From Bdellovibrionota bacterium (GTDB lineage: Bacteria > Bdellovibrionota > UBA1018 > UBA923), in NCBI GenBank assembly GCA_040754655.1, contig JBFMCE010000003.1, positions 3,231-67,230 on the forward strand: DNA of 64,000 bases. The letters are read 5' to 3'. The number at the start of each line of letters is the position of its first letter. The first letter of the stretch is position 1. Both the position numbers and the translations under genes were made by a program. This document shows positions 37,416 through 49,684 of the stretch, one piece after another. A model generated the notes under the pieces. It was not told the origin of the DNA. It searched no databases and saw only the letters and a list, made by a program, of their open reading frames with translations.

Positions 37416-38758
37416 GCCAGCAAAGACGTCGCATGCTGGTTTTTGAACTGAATGAGTTCAATCTAGGGCTTCTTTCCAAGGCGGCCGAAGAATTGTCGTT
37501 AACCCATGTCCAGCGCATGCTTGCGATGAAACGCACCCAGCTTCGCACTCAAGACCGTTATGAAAGCGATTATCTTGAGCCTTGGGTGCAGTGGGTTTCG
37601 GTGCATACGGGTACGCCATCGACGGTGCACAAGATAAAACACCTGGGCGACGTTCCTCATCTGCATACGCCTCAAGTCTGGGCTGAGCTTTCCAAGCATC
37701 ATATTACCAGCGGAGTTTGGGGAGCGATGAACGCCGGGAGGGCCAATGCCGAGTCGTGCCTATTTTTCTTGCCAGACCCCTGGACCTTTTCGGAAGACGG
37801 TTATCCGCAGTCGCTCAGCAGGCTGCTTGATCTTCCGCGGTATGTTTCGAAGAACTACCTGAACCTTTCGAAATCGACGGTAGCGAAGAAGTTTTATGGA
37901 TTTTTGAGCGCATTCCTATTTTCAAAAGTTGGGTTTTCTTTCCTTGCTGAACTGCCTTCTTTTCTTTGGAACACGCTGAAGTTCAAGGGCGAGCATTTCG
38001 TGTTCATTTGCTTCACTGAATACCTCTCATCCCTTCTTTTTCTTGAGTACAAGAAAAGGCATGACCCTGATTTGAGCCTCCTGTTCGTGAACAGCTTGGC
38101 TCATTTGCAACACCACCACTGGCACAGCGATTCGTATAAAGACAATGCGCGGCTTGGTTACGGGCTGAAGATGATCGACCGTCTTTTAGGCAAGATCTTC
38201 AAGGCGCTCAAAGAAGGCGAGGTTTTTGTCGCGCTCAATGGCCTTTCTCAGATGAATACGAATCATGAGAAGCCGTGGATCTTGTATCGCCAGCGCGATC
38301 AACTTTCTTTTTTGAGGCGAGTCGGGGTTTCTTACACCCATGTCGAACCTCACATGACCCACGACGCCCATATCTTTTTCGCAAGCCCAGAAGGCTGCCA
38401 GCGTGCAAAGGCGATCTTGGGGTCTGCGACCGTGAATCAAGAAAAGTTGTTCTTGGTCGAGGCTTACGCTGATGATCCGAAGAAGCTTTTTTACCGCATC
38501 CAATTCACCGATGAACTGCCTCATGATGCCGTTCTCGAGGTGGGCGGAAAGAGAGAAAGGTTTTTCGATCTTTTTGAGGCTATTGTGCGTCGGACGGGCA
38601 AACACATCCCGGTGGGCACTCTGTTCACGAATTCACTTGAAGTCCCGGACTCGATGGAAAACCATGAATTGTATGAGCACGTCCTGGGTTTTTACGGTGT
38701 TTCGCGCGATCGTCCTCAGCCTCGCCTGAAGGAATCGGCTGAATCAACGAGACTTTGA
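37412..38758 (+). CDS. Hypothetical protein, possibly alkaline-phosphatase-superfamily phosphotransferase/phosphodiesterase
   Basis: His-rich stretches (NSLAHLQHHHW, HMTHDAH) and VSVHTGTPSTVH (possible Thr nucleophile). Weak, memory-based call. Confidence 0.25.
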   Translation: MSQQRRRMLVFELNEFNLGLLSKAAEELSLTHVQRMLAMKRTQLRTQDRYESDYLEPWVQWVSVHTGTPSTVHKIKHLGDVPHLHTPQVWAELSKHHITSGVWGAMNAGRANAESCLFFLPDPWTFSEDGYPQSLSRLLDLPRYVSKNYLNLSKSTVAKKFYGFLSAFLFSKVGFSFLAELPSFLWNTLKFKGEHFVFICFTEYLSSLLFLEYKKRHDPDLSLLFVNSLAHLQHHHWHSDSYKDNARLGYGLKMIDRLLGKIFKALKEGEVFVALNGLSQMNTNHEKPWILYRQRDQLSFLRRVGVSYTHVEPHMTHDAHIFFASPEGCQRAKAILGSATVNQEKLFLVEAYADDPKKLFYRIQFTDELPHDAVLEVGGKRERFFDLFEAIVRRTGKHIPVGTLFTNSLEVPDSMENHELYEHVLGFYGVSRDRPQPRLKESAESTRL

Positions 38759-39559
38759 GTGCTTCGTGAGAACCACCATCGGATAGGCGCCATACCTTGT
38801 GGCAAGTCGTGGGAAAAGTTCCTCTAACTTCTGGATCGCTCGAAATGCAAGTTTGCCGAAAATCGGGTTTGAAGGAATCAATCTGCGCGAGTCTTGGGCG
38901 GTGAGTGTTCTCCAGGGTAAGAGCTCAACGCTGGTTTGGTCAGAAAATCTCTTCCACCACTGCAAGGGGTGGGCATGGTAGTAAATCGTTCCTGCCTCAG
39001 GTTTGGTCTCTGAAGAGCGCATTAGCCAACGTTTGGCCAGCGCCAGGAAACGGTCGGGATTCGCATAAATGATGATGATCTTGGTATTGGGTTTAGAAAT
39101 GCGAATAAGTTGCCTCACAGCAGCTTCCTGCTGGCCTTTATCAATGTGGTAGATCGTATGCAGGCTCAATACGGCGTCAAAGTGGTCGTCAGGGAAGGGA
39201 AGTTCTAGAATGCTTGCGCAATGGTATTCGCCCAGCTCGCCCAGTTTTTTCTTGGCTTGGTCTAAAGCGTTCTGAGAAATATCCACGCAGACGCGCTTCT
39301 TAAAGCCCTTCGAGTATTCAAGGTATTCTGGGTATTGGATAGGTCCTGAGGCAGCATCCAAAATGCGTTCGCCGCTCGTCGGCAAGTGGTCAAGAAGCTT
39401 TCTTCGACAATGGCTTACATAGTCAGCAGCACAAGTCCTTAAATCTTCCCAGAGCTCAGCATCCGTACTGATGCCTTGTGAGTCAGTTTTCCAGCCTTTT
39501 TCATCATAGAAGTTTCGGACGCTATTTTCGGTCTCGAGGTCGCGCATTTCTCTGATCAA
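38744..39559 (-). CDS. Class I SAM-dependent methyltransferase
   Basis: ILDAASGPIQYPEYL motif I variant and DHFDAVLSLHTIYHI motif II/III. Confidence 0.65.
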   Translation of the reverse strand: MIREMRDLETENSVRNFYDEKGWKTDSQGISTDAELWEDLRTCAADYVSHCRRKLLDHLPTSGERILDAASGPIQYPEYLEYSKGFKKRVCVDISQNALDQAKKKLGELGEYHCASILELPFPDDHFDAVLSLHTIYHIDKGQQEAAVRQLIRISKPNTKIIIIYANPDRFLALAKRWLMRSSETKPEAGTIYYHAHPLQWWKRFSDQTSVELLPWRTLTAQDSRRLIPSNPIFGKLAFRAIQKLEELFPRLATRYGAYPMVVLTKHSKSR

Positions 39560-39647
39560 TAAGATTTTTTTGTTCGGCTAGCAACGCAAATAGTGATCTG
39601 GTGAATTGATTTGACTTATTTTGACCCCGATTGATACATTTTCGCAA

Positions 39648-42025
<2,378 letters not shown>

Positions 42026-42029
<4 letters not shown>

Positions 42030-42928
42030 AACTTGGCTTGGGTACCGTGCAGTTCGGCTTAAACTACGGTGTCTCAAACCGATCTGGGATCGTAGCGCCG
42101 TCCGAAGTGAAGAATGTACTGGCATGCGCTGCGAAGTCCGGCGCCGTTGGCTACCTTGATACGGCGACCGCTTACGGGAGCGCAGAAGAGGTTCTGGGTG
42201 CGACCCTTGAACAGAGGCACCCATTCAAGATCGTGACGAAAACCCCGACTTTTAAAGATTCCTTGATTTCTAGCGAGAGTGCCGACGAGTTGGAACGAAG
42301 TTTCAGGAAGTCATTGTTAAGACTGAACCAGACTGCAGTCTATGGCCTGCTTGCGCATCACGCCTCACCTCTTCTTGATCGCGATGGCGCGTTCTTGTTC
42401 GATCGAATGTTGAAGCTCAAAGAACAAGGCGTGGTGAAAAAGATCGGCGTCTCGGTTTACAGCGCCGAAGAAATAGATCGGGTCATTGAACGCTATCCTG
42501 TTGAGCTGATCCAAGCGCCTGTGAGTCTTTTAGATCAGCGTCTTGTGACCGGTGGGCACTTGGCGCGCTTGAACGAAAGAGGCATCGAAGTGCATGCCCG
42601 CTCTGTTTTCTTGCAAGGGCTTCTTTTGATGGAGGCCGATAATATTCCTCGGAACTTGGCTTCGATTCAAGAGCATTTGGGCAACTTGCGTGCTGAGGTC
42701 GAAGCACGGGGGCTGACGATGTTGCAGGCGGCGCTGGGTTTTGTATTGAATCTAGAAGCCGTGACGGCATGCTTGGTGGGTGTTTGCTCTTTAAGCGAGT
42801 TGAATCAAATCTTGGAAGCAGCCCGGTTGGCGCAAGAAAAGAAATTTGAGATCTCAGGCGTCGCAGCAAGTGCCGCTTGGGACGATGAGAGGGTGTTGAA
42901 CCCATTTTTTTGGGAGAAGTATGCTTAA
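42026..42928 (+). CDS. Aldo/keto reductase
   Basis: MKLGLGTVQFGLNYGVSN...DTATAYG is the AKR N-terminal signature. Confidence 0.8.
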
Positions 42929-44084
42929 AAGATGCGTGAAATGCGGTTTGCCAGAGACCTACGAGACGATCGAATTCGACGCTTCAGGGGTCTGCAATAT
43001 TTGCCGCCAAAAAAACTTCAAAGATGCTTCGATCGACTGGAAGGCGAGGAAGGTGATGTTCGATCAACTCGTTGAAGAGTATCGAGGCAAATATGAATAT
43101 GATTGCATCGTGCCCTTCTCGGGCGGGAAAGATTCGACGTTCACTTTGAATTATCTGATGCGCAAGTACAAACTCAAGCCTCTTGTCGTTCAGTTCAATC
43201 ATGGGTTCATGCGAGAGAATCTGCTGAAGAACAACGAACGGACCTTCAAAAAACTGGGAGTCGATGTGTTGAGCTTCACTCCTAATTGGAAAGTCGTCAA
43301 AAGGTTGATGCTCGAGGCTTTGATCCGAAAGGGTGATTTTTGTTGGCATTGCCATACGGGCATTTTTTCGTATCCCATGCACGTTGCGATCAAATACAAT
43401 ACGCCGCTCGTCATTTGGGGTGAACCCTCTTCTGAGTACACGGCGTATTACGATTACCGAGACAATGAAATCGAAGAAGTTGATGAGACCAGATTCAATC
43501 GTTTCGTGAACCTGGGTATCACTGCTGAAGACATGGCCGGGATGATCAAAGATGATTTCAATCTTGATCCACGAGACCTTGCTCCTTATGCGTATCCGAA
43601 GACCAGAGACTTGAAGCGCCTTAAGTATCGGTCGGTCTGCCTGGGCTCTTTCATTCCCTGGGATGTGAAGCGCAATGTTGAAGAGATCTCTCGCGATTTG
43701 GGTTGGAAGGGCGATGAAGTAGAGGGCATGCCGCCAGGCAAGTATCCTTACGAAAAGATCGAGTGCTACATGCAGGGCGTGCGAGATTACATCAAGTACC
43801 TCAAGCGTGGCTACTCACGCGTGACGCAAATGACTGCATTGGATCTTCGAAATGACCGTATTTCAAAAGAAGAAGCGGATCGACTGGTCGAGGAATATGA
43901 GGGCAAAAAGCCGCCATCGTTGCAGCTGTTCTTAGAGTACTTGGGGCTTAGCGAACAAGAGTTCAACGAGATCGTAGCGAAAACTGTGGTTCCTCCTTTC
44001 AAACCTGATTTTGAAACCATTCCGAGCGCGCCAAATACCTGGGATTTCGAACGCTGGTATCGCGAGGGTAAGGAAAAACCATGA
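42921..44084 (+). CDS. N-acetyl sugar amidotransferase, PP-loop ATPase (PseA/WbuX/WbpG-like), copy 1
   Basis: N-terminal Cys4 (CVKCGLPE...CNIC), PP-loop PFSGGKDST, and followed by hisH/hisF homologues. Confidence 0.8.
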   Translation: MLKRCVKCGLPETYETIEFDASGVCNICRQKNFKDASIDWKARKVMFDQLVEEYRGKYEYDCIVPFSGGKDSTFTLNYLMRKYKLKPLVVQFNHGFMRENLLKNNERTFKKLGVDVLSFTPNWKVVKRLMLEALIRKGDFCWHCHTGIFSYPMHVAIKYNTPLVIWGEPSSEYTAYYDYRDNEIEEVDETRFNRFVNLGITAEDMAGMIKDDFNLDPRDLAPYAYPKTRDLKRLKYRSVCLGSFIPWDVKRNVEEISRDLGWKGDEVEGMPPGKYPYEKIECYMQGVRDYIKYLKRGYSRVTQMTALDLRNDRISKEEADRLVEEYEGKKPPSLQLFLEYLGLSEQEFNEIVAKTVVPPFKPDFETIPSAPNTWDFERWYREGKEKP

Positions 44085-44698
44085 TCGGCATCCTTGACAT
44101 GAATATGGGAAATCTCAGGTCCGTGACCAATGCGGTTTACAGCTTGGGTTATGATCCCAAGGTTATTCATGACCAAGAGGGCTTGAAAGAAGCGTCACAC
44201 CTTATCATTCCGGGAGTAGGTGCTTATCCGGCAGCGATGCGCCAGCTTGAGGCGATGAACCTGAAGGACGCGATCAAAGATTTTGCCAGCACCAAGCGGC
44301 CGGTGCTTGGGATTTGCTTAGGCATGCATATCTTCTCGACTTCTGGTGAAGAGGGGGGCGGAGCCGAAGGGTTAGGCCTTGTTCCGGGAGAGGTGCTGCG
44401 CATCGATACTCAGCCCGGACTGGTAGTCCCTCATGTGGGATGGAACAACATCCGATTTCTCAAAGAGCATCCTGTGCTTGAGAAGGTCAAGGACGGCGTC
44501 GATTTTTACTTCGTGCATTCGTATCGCTATGTTTGCGAGGACCAGCAAGACGCATTTGGCGAAACCGAATATGGTGATGCTTGGCCGTCAGTGGTCGCCA
44601 AAGACAACGTCATCGGTTTTCAATTCCATCCAGAGAAAAGCCAGATCAACGGTTTGAAGCTGATCGAGAATTTCTGCGAGTGGGATGGCAAATGTTGA
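44081..44698 (+). CDS. Imidazole-glycerol-phosphate-synthase HisH-like glutamine amidotransferase (WbuY-like), copy 1
   Basis: LIIPGVGAY...GICLGMH (catalytic Cys)...FQFHPEKS (His/Glu). Confidence 0.85.
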   Translation: MIGILDMNMGNLRSVTNAVYSLGYDPKVIHDQEGLKEASHLIIPGVGAYPAAMRQLEAMNLKDAIKDFASTKRPVLGICLGMHIFSTSGEEGGGAEGLGLVPGEVLRIDTQPGLVVPHVGWNNIRFLKEHPVLEKVKDGVDFYFVHSYRYVCEDQQDAFGETEYGDAWPSVVAKDNVIGFQFHPEKSQINGLKLIENFCEWDGKC

Positions 44699-45456
44699 AA
44701 AAAAGGATCATTCCCGTGCAGTTGCTCTTGAATGGAAGACTAGTGAAGACCAAGGGATTTGACTCTTTCCGCGACGTCGGAGATCCGGTCGCCAGTTCCA
44801 AGGTCTATAGCTCGCAGTATGCAGATGAGTTGGTTTTTCTGAATATCAGCCGAGAGAATCGCACAATCGAGTCTTTGTTATCGCTCATTGAACGAGTCTC
44901 AGAGGTTTGTTTCATGCCGCTGACCTTCGGCGGGGGGATAAGATCGCTCAGAGACGCCGAGCAGTTGATAAAGAACGGGGCAGACAAGATTGTTTTGAAT
45001 TCGGTTTCTTATGAAGACAGCCAAGTGATTTCCCAGATTGCCGATAAATTTGGATCTCAGGCTGTGGTGGTTTCAATGGATGCCAGGTTCGATTTGAAGG
45101 CAAATCGATACCGGTTGTATTCTCAATGCGGCACAAAGCTCGAAGAACCCTCGATCGAAGATCATGTACGGAAGGTGATTGAACACGGCGCTGGCGAGAT
45201 CTTCATCAATTCCATCGACAGAGACGGGATGATGACGGGTTACGATCTGAATTTGATCCGGCAAGTGGTGGGTTGTTCTTCTGTGCCCGTGATCGCTTGC
45301 GGTGGGGCTGGCCATTACGAGCATATGAAAGAGGCTTTCCTTGAAACGAAGGTCAGCGCTTTGGCGTGCGGGAGCTTGTTCAATTTCGGAGACAACAATC
45401 CGATTCGCGCCAAAGCTTTTTTGAGCAACTACGAGTTGCAGTTCAAGAAGGTGTGA
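44692..45456 (+). CDS. HisF-like cyclase subunit homologue (WbuZ-like), copy 1
   Basis: RIIPVQLLLNGRLVKTKGF, FGGGIRS and ACGGAGH barrel phosphate-binding motifs. ATGTTGA overlap with hisH-like stop. Confidence 0.85.
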   Translation: MLKKRIIPVQLLLNGRLVKTKGFDSFRDVGDPVASSKVYSSQYADELVFLNISRENRTIESLLSLIERVSEVCFMPLTFGGGIRSLRDAEQLIKNGADKIVLNSVSYEDSQVISQIADKFGSQAVVVSMDARFDLKANRYRLYSQCGTKLEEPSIEDHVRKVIEHGAGEIFINSIDRDGMMTGYDLNLIRQVVGCSSVPVIACGGAGHYEHMKEAFLETKVSALACGSLFNFGDNNPIRAKAFLSNYELQFKKV

Positions 45457-45458
45457 AA

Positions 45459-46016
45459 ATGGCTTTGACGAAACCCCTTAAAGGAAAACGCATCTATCTG
45501 AGGGAAGTGAAGTTGACTGACGTGAATGATCGTTACGTCAGTTGGCTCAATGATAGCGAAGTCACCAGGTACCTTGAAGTCCGTTTTCACCCTCAGAACC
45601 TTGATACGATCGCAGGCTTCGTCGCTAAAATGCGGGAGAGCGAGAACGAATTTCTTTATGCGATCTGCTTGAGCTCGAACGACCAGCACATCGGCAATAT
45701 CAAGCTCGGTCCGGTGAATGCGCACCATCGTAGCGCTGATGTGAGCCTTTTCATCGGCGAAAAGAAATGCTGGGGGCAGGGCTATGCCGCCGAGGCGATT
45801 GGCTTGGTGACGCGATTCGCTTTTCGTGAGCTTGGGCTCAATAAGTTGAGGGCTGGTTGTTACGCGGGGAATGAGGGCAGCGCTCGCGCATTCGAGAGAG
45901 TCGGATACCGAAGAGAAGGTCTTTTGCGCGGACAAGTTCTCTGCGACGGCAAAGAAACCGACGTCATTACGCTAGGCCTAAGGGCCGTAGAGTATCGCGA
46001 GGAGGCGAATCGATGA
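45459..46016 (+). CDS. GNAT family N-acyltransferase (RimL-like)
   Basis: 185 aa with IGNIKL, GEKKCWGQGYAAEA (acyl-CoA pocket) and FRELGLNKL. Confidence 0.75.
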   Translation: MALTKPLKGKRIYLREVKLTDVNDRYVSWLNDSEVTRYLEVRFHPQNLDTIAGFVAKMRESENEFLYAICLSSNDQHIGNIKLGPVNAHHRSADVSLFIGEKKCWGQGYAAEAIGLVTRFAFRELGLNKLRAGCYAGNEGSARAFERVGYRREGLLRGQVLCDGKETDVITLGLRAVEYREEANR

Positions 46017-48055
46017 TCGCCGCGATCCTGCAGGCTCGTTTTTCATCTTCGCGACTGCCAGGAAAAGTTTTGAAACCTATTCTTGGCAAGCCGATGCTCG
46101 TACGCCAGATTGAAAGGGTGAAACGTTCGAAGAAGATTAATTCGATCGTGATCGCCACCAGCGTCGACCCGAGTGATGATGCCGTCGCCGAGGCAGCCCG
46201 TAGTGCCGGGGTTGGCTGCTTCCGGGGGAGCTTGGATGATGTTTTGGACCGGTTTTACAAAGCTGCGGGGAGCCTGCCTTCTCGTCCGGATCATCTTGTC
46301 CGGTTGACTGGCGATTGTCCGCTGATCGACCCGAGGCTGATCGATGATGTGGTCTCTTTTTGTGTTGAGGGAGACTTTGATTACGCCAGCAATGCGATCG
46401 AACCCACCTTTCCAGATGGGCTGGACGTCGAAGTATTCCGTTATGAGGTGTTGACTCAGGCATGGGAAGAGGCAAAGCTGCTTTCACAACGCGAGCATGT
46501 AACGCCCTTTATCCATACCCAACAAAATCGATTTAACGTTGGTCATTACAAAGGAAAAGTAGATTTGTCCTCGTTGCGCTGGACGGTCGATGTTCCGGCG
46601 GATTTTGAATTCGTGAATCGAATTTACGAAGAGCTTTATCCGTTAAGAGACGATTTTTCGATGGAAGACGTTCTGAAGTTGCTGGAACAGAAGCCTCGCC
46701 TGGCTGGGATCAATAAGGATTTAGAAAGAAATGAGGGTTTTAAAGTGTCTCAGCGAAAAGACTTTTTCATGAACCGTTATCAAAAATCCAATGTGCTATT
46801 GGAGCAAACTTTAAAAACAATCCCTCTTGGCAGTCAGACTTTCAGCAAGAGCAAGACCCAGTATCCGAAGGGAGTGTCTCCATACTTCATTGAACGCGCC
46901 CGGGGAAGCCGTGTCTGGGACGTCGATGGGAACGAGTATGTGGATTTTGTGAACGGTTTGTGTGCAGTGAACTTGGGTTATGGTGATCCCGATGTGACTA
47001 AGGCTGTCAAGGAGCAGCTTGAAGACGGCGTTATTTTTTCGCTCCCGCATCCCATTGAAGGCCAGGTTGCCGAGAAAATGGTAGAGATGATTCCGTGCGC
47101 AGAGATGGTTCGGTTCGGAAAGAATGGTTCGGATGCAACTTCTGGCGCCATTCGATTGGCAAGGGCTTATACACGGCGTGACCACGTCGCGGTCTGTGGT
47201 TATCATGGGTGGCAAGATTGGTATATTGGCTCGACTGCACGGAACCTTGGCGTTCCGCAAGCGACACGCGATCTCACCCATGCTTTTACTTATAATGACC
47301 TTGAATCCCTAAAGAAGGTCTTTAGCGACTATCCAGATCAAGTTGCTGCCGTGATCATGGAACCTGTAAATGCCCAAGAGCCCAAGGCAGGGTTTCTCAA
47401 TGAACTTCAGGAACTCACAAAACAAAATGGGGCTTTATTGATCTTTGACGAGACTATTACCGGGTTTCGTTTCGATAATGGCGGCGCCCAGGCGACTTAT
47501 AAAGTGACGCCGGATTTGGCTACTTTCGGCAAGGGTATGGCTAACGGGTACCCGGTCTCGGCGATCGTGGGTAAAGCAGACGTGATGCGCCTCATGGAGG
47601 AAATCTTTTTTTCTTTCACCTTTGGTGGAGAAACGCTTTCGCTAGCTGCAGCGCTGGCGACGATGACAAAGCTCCAGGCGCGCCCCGTGGTTCAGGCGAT
47701 GTATGAACAAGGCAAAAAAGTCATTGCAGGGGTGGAGAGGCTGATCGAGCAGTTTGAGATGAGCGATATGCTTTCGATCACTGGGAATCCTACTTGGTCT
47801 TTTCTAAATTTTAAGGAGATAGCCCCGTACACTCAATGGCAGATCAAGACATTGTTTTTGCAAGAGGTCTTTGCCCGGGGGATCTTGCTTCTTGGTACTC
47901 ACAATATGAGTTATTCACACAATGACGGCGATATTGAAAAGCTTCTGGCGACTTATAAAGAAGTTTTTCCCGTCTTAAGATCAGCTGTGAGAGAGAAGGG
48001 TCTTGAAAGATTGTTGTTCACTCAGCCTCTAGAGCCTCTTTTTAAATTGCGATGA
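46013..48055 (+). CDS. Bifunctional protein: N-terminal PseF/SpsF-like cytidylyltransferase (CTP_transf_3) fused to C-terminal class III aminotransferase (GSA-aminomutase-like)
   Basis: Residues 1-250: MIAAILQARFSSSRLPGKVL...DCPLIDP. Residues ~270-680: FVNGLCAVNLGYGDP...LIFDETITGFRF...TFGKGMANGYPVSA class III AT motifs. No stop or frameshift between the domains. Confidence 0.75.
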   Translation: MIAAILQARFSSSRLPGKVLKPILGKPMLVRQIERVKRSKKINSIVIATSVDPSDDAVAEAARSAGVGCFRGSLDDVLDRFYKAAGSLPSRPDHLVRLTGDCPLIDPRLIDDVVSFCVEGDFDYASNAIEPTFPDGLDVEVFRYEVLTQAWEEAKLLSQREHVTPFIHTQQNRFNVGHYKGKVDLSSLRWTVDVPADFEFVNRIYEELYPLRDDFSMEDVLKLLEQKPRLAGINKDLERNEGFKVSQRKDFFMNRYQKSNVLLEQTLKTIPLGSQTFSKSKTQYPKGVSPYFIERARGSRVWDVDGNEYVDFVNGLCAVNLGYGDPDVTKAVKEQLEDGVIFSLPHPIEGQVAEKMVEMIPCAEMVRFGKNGSDATSGAIRLARAYTRRDHVAVCGYHGWQDWYIGSTARNLGVPQATRDLTHAFTYNDLESLKKVFSDYPDQVAAVIMEPVNAQEPKAGFLNELQELTKQNGALLIFDETITGFRFDNGGAQATYKVTPDLATFGKGMANGYPVSAIVGKADVMRLMEEIFFSFTFGGETLSLAAALATMTKLQARPVVQAMYEQGKKVIAGVERLIEQFEMSDMLSITGNPTWSFLNFKEIAPYTQWQIKTLFLQEVFARGILLLGTHNMSYSHNDGDIEKLLATYKEVFPVLRSAVREKGLERLLFTQPLEPLFKLR

Positions 48056-49122
48056 GAGTAGCGATAAGAACCGACGCATCTATTCAAAGCGGTACTGGGC
48101 ACTTTTTCAGGTGCTTGACGCTCGCGCAAGACCTGAAGCTGAAAGGCGTTGATTCGGTCTTTGTCTGTCGCAAGCTTTCCCAGGATCTTTCGAGGCTTCT
48201 CTTAGAAAAAGGCTTTCCGGTCTTGGCTCTGAAGCGCTCTTTTGAGGAAGAAGACTGGGATTTAGATTTACCCGAGATGCAGCTTGAGTTCGGTCGATCT
48301 GGCAAAAGGCTGGATTGGTTGATCGTCGACCAATACTCACTCGACCGAAGATGGGAATCCCAGGCGCGCGAATTCGCAAAACGCATCATGGTGATCGATG
48401 ACCTCGCGAATCGCAAGCATGATTGCGATCTTCTTCTAGATCAGAACTACTACCAAGACAGCGCGACTCGATATTTAAATCTCGTGCCCGCACACTGTGT
48501 TCAGTTGCTTGGCCCGGAGTACGCTCTTTTGAGAAGCGAATTTCGAATTTCTCGCTCCAAACTGCGCCGCCGTTCGGGAGAGGTGCGAAGGGTTCTTGTT
48601 TTTTTTGGCGGTTCCGATCCAACAGGTGAGTCCCTGAAGGCAGTGGAAGGGATCGAAAGGTTTTCGTCTAACACCGATATGCGATTTGATTTAGTCGTTG
48701 GTGCGCTCAACCCTTCTCGAGAAGATCTCGTCGCCCGTGCGCGGAAACTACCCTACCTGACTGTTCACACCGAGACCCGGCAAATGGGTAAGTTGATGGA
48801 GAGCGCAGACTTGAGTCTGGGGGCAGGCGGAACCACGACCTGGGAGAGGTGTCGCCTGGGTTTGCCTGCACTGGTAACCATCGTGGCCGGAAACCAACGG
48901 CAGGTCGCGGAAGAACTATCGAGTTTTGGCGCGATACAGAATTTGGGCTGGCACGAGGATGTCTCGACTGATTTTCTTTATGAGTCGATGGTCAGCGTAT
49001 GCGGTGATCGCGATCGTGTTCGAAATATGAGTCAGAAGGCGCTCGAGGTCATGGGTACGAGCTTGGATTCAAATGAGCTCAAGGCTGTCGGCGCGATATT
49101 GGAGGCTGATTTTGCTGGATAG
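48052..49122 (+). CDS. pseG: UDP-2,4-diacetamido-2,4,6-trideoxy-beta-L-altropyranose hydrolase, PseG
   Basis: MRVAIRTDASIQSGTGHFFRCLTLA matches the PseG N-terminal signature. GT-B-like, 356 aa. Confidence 0.85.
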   Translation: MRVAIRTDASIQSGTGHFFRCLTLAQDLKLKGVDSVFVCRKLSQDLSRLLLEKGFPVLALKRSFEEEDWDLDLPEMQLEFGRSGKRLDWLIVDQYSLDRRWESQAREFAKRIMVIDDLANRKHDCDLLLDQNYYQDSATRYLNLVPAHCVQLLGPEYALLRSEFRISRSKLRRRSGEVRRVLVFFGGSDPTGESLKAVEGIERFSSNTDMRFDLVVGALNPSREDLVARARKLPYLTVHTETRQMGKLMESADLSLGAGGTTTWERCRLGLPALVTIVAGNQRQVAEELSSFGAIQNLGWHEDVSTDFLYESMVSVCGDRDRVRNMSQKALEVMGTSLDSNELKAVGAILEADFAG

Positions 49123-49684
49123 GAAAGATTGCATTCTTCGCGATGTCATGGTTTTCGACCTTGATCAAATTCTCGAGTGGCGAAACTCAAGCCGCATCCG
49201 CCTGAATATGTTTACTGATCACGAGATCACTCGTAGCGAGCATCTTGGGTGGTTTGAGCGCCAAAAACATGACCCGAAAACGAGGGTAAAGTTATTCGTT
49301 TACAAAAGTGGCCCTGCCGGGATCGTAACGTTTTCAGAAATCGATCCTGATTCAGCGAGCGCGAATTGGGGATTCTACTTAGGCGAGACGGAGCTTCCGA
49401 AGGGGTGCGGCCTGGCAATGGGTTTCTTGGCTTTGAACTTTGCGTTTGAAGAGATCGATTTGTCACGGGTTCACGGCGAATCCTTTTCATTCAATGAGGC
49501 CAGCGTGGGTTATCACCGCAGGCTTGGGTTCGTAGGCGCTGAGCCACGGTTTAAGCCTTTGCTGAAAAATGGTAAGTACGAAGAAATAGCTTCATTTGTT
49601 TTATTGAAAGACGCTTGGTTGCGTCGGAAACCTGAAATTGAACAGCGTATTTTTGGAGAGGTTTTATGCGAACCATCAGCATAG
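49112..49684 (+). CDS. pseH: GNAT N-acetyltransferase, PseH-like
   Basis: FDLDQILEWRNSSRIRLNMFTDHEI...HLGWFE follows the PseH W-R-N pattern. TTG start with GGAGG RBS; an ATG at 49148 is an alternative. Confidence 0.65.
   Translation: MLDRKDCILRDVMVFDLDQILEWRNSSRIRLNMFTDHEITRSEHLGWFERQKHDPKTRVKLFVYKSGPAGIVTFSEIDPDSASANWGFYLGETELPKGCGLAMGFLALNFAFEEIDLSRVHGESFSFNEASVGYHRRLGFVGAEPRFKPLLKNGKYEEIASFVLLKDAWLRRKPEIEQRIFGEVLCEPSA

Noticed and set aside
44581-44691. ORF-track start of the HisF-like gene within the hisH-like gene.
   Set aside because: The conserved HisF N-terminus (RIIPVQLL) begins at the ATG at 44692. The extension is an out-of-frame overlap of the HisH-like coding region.
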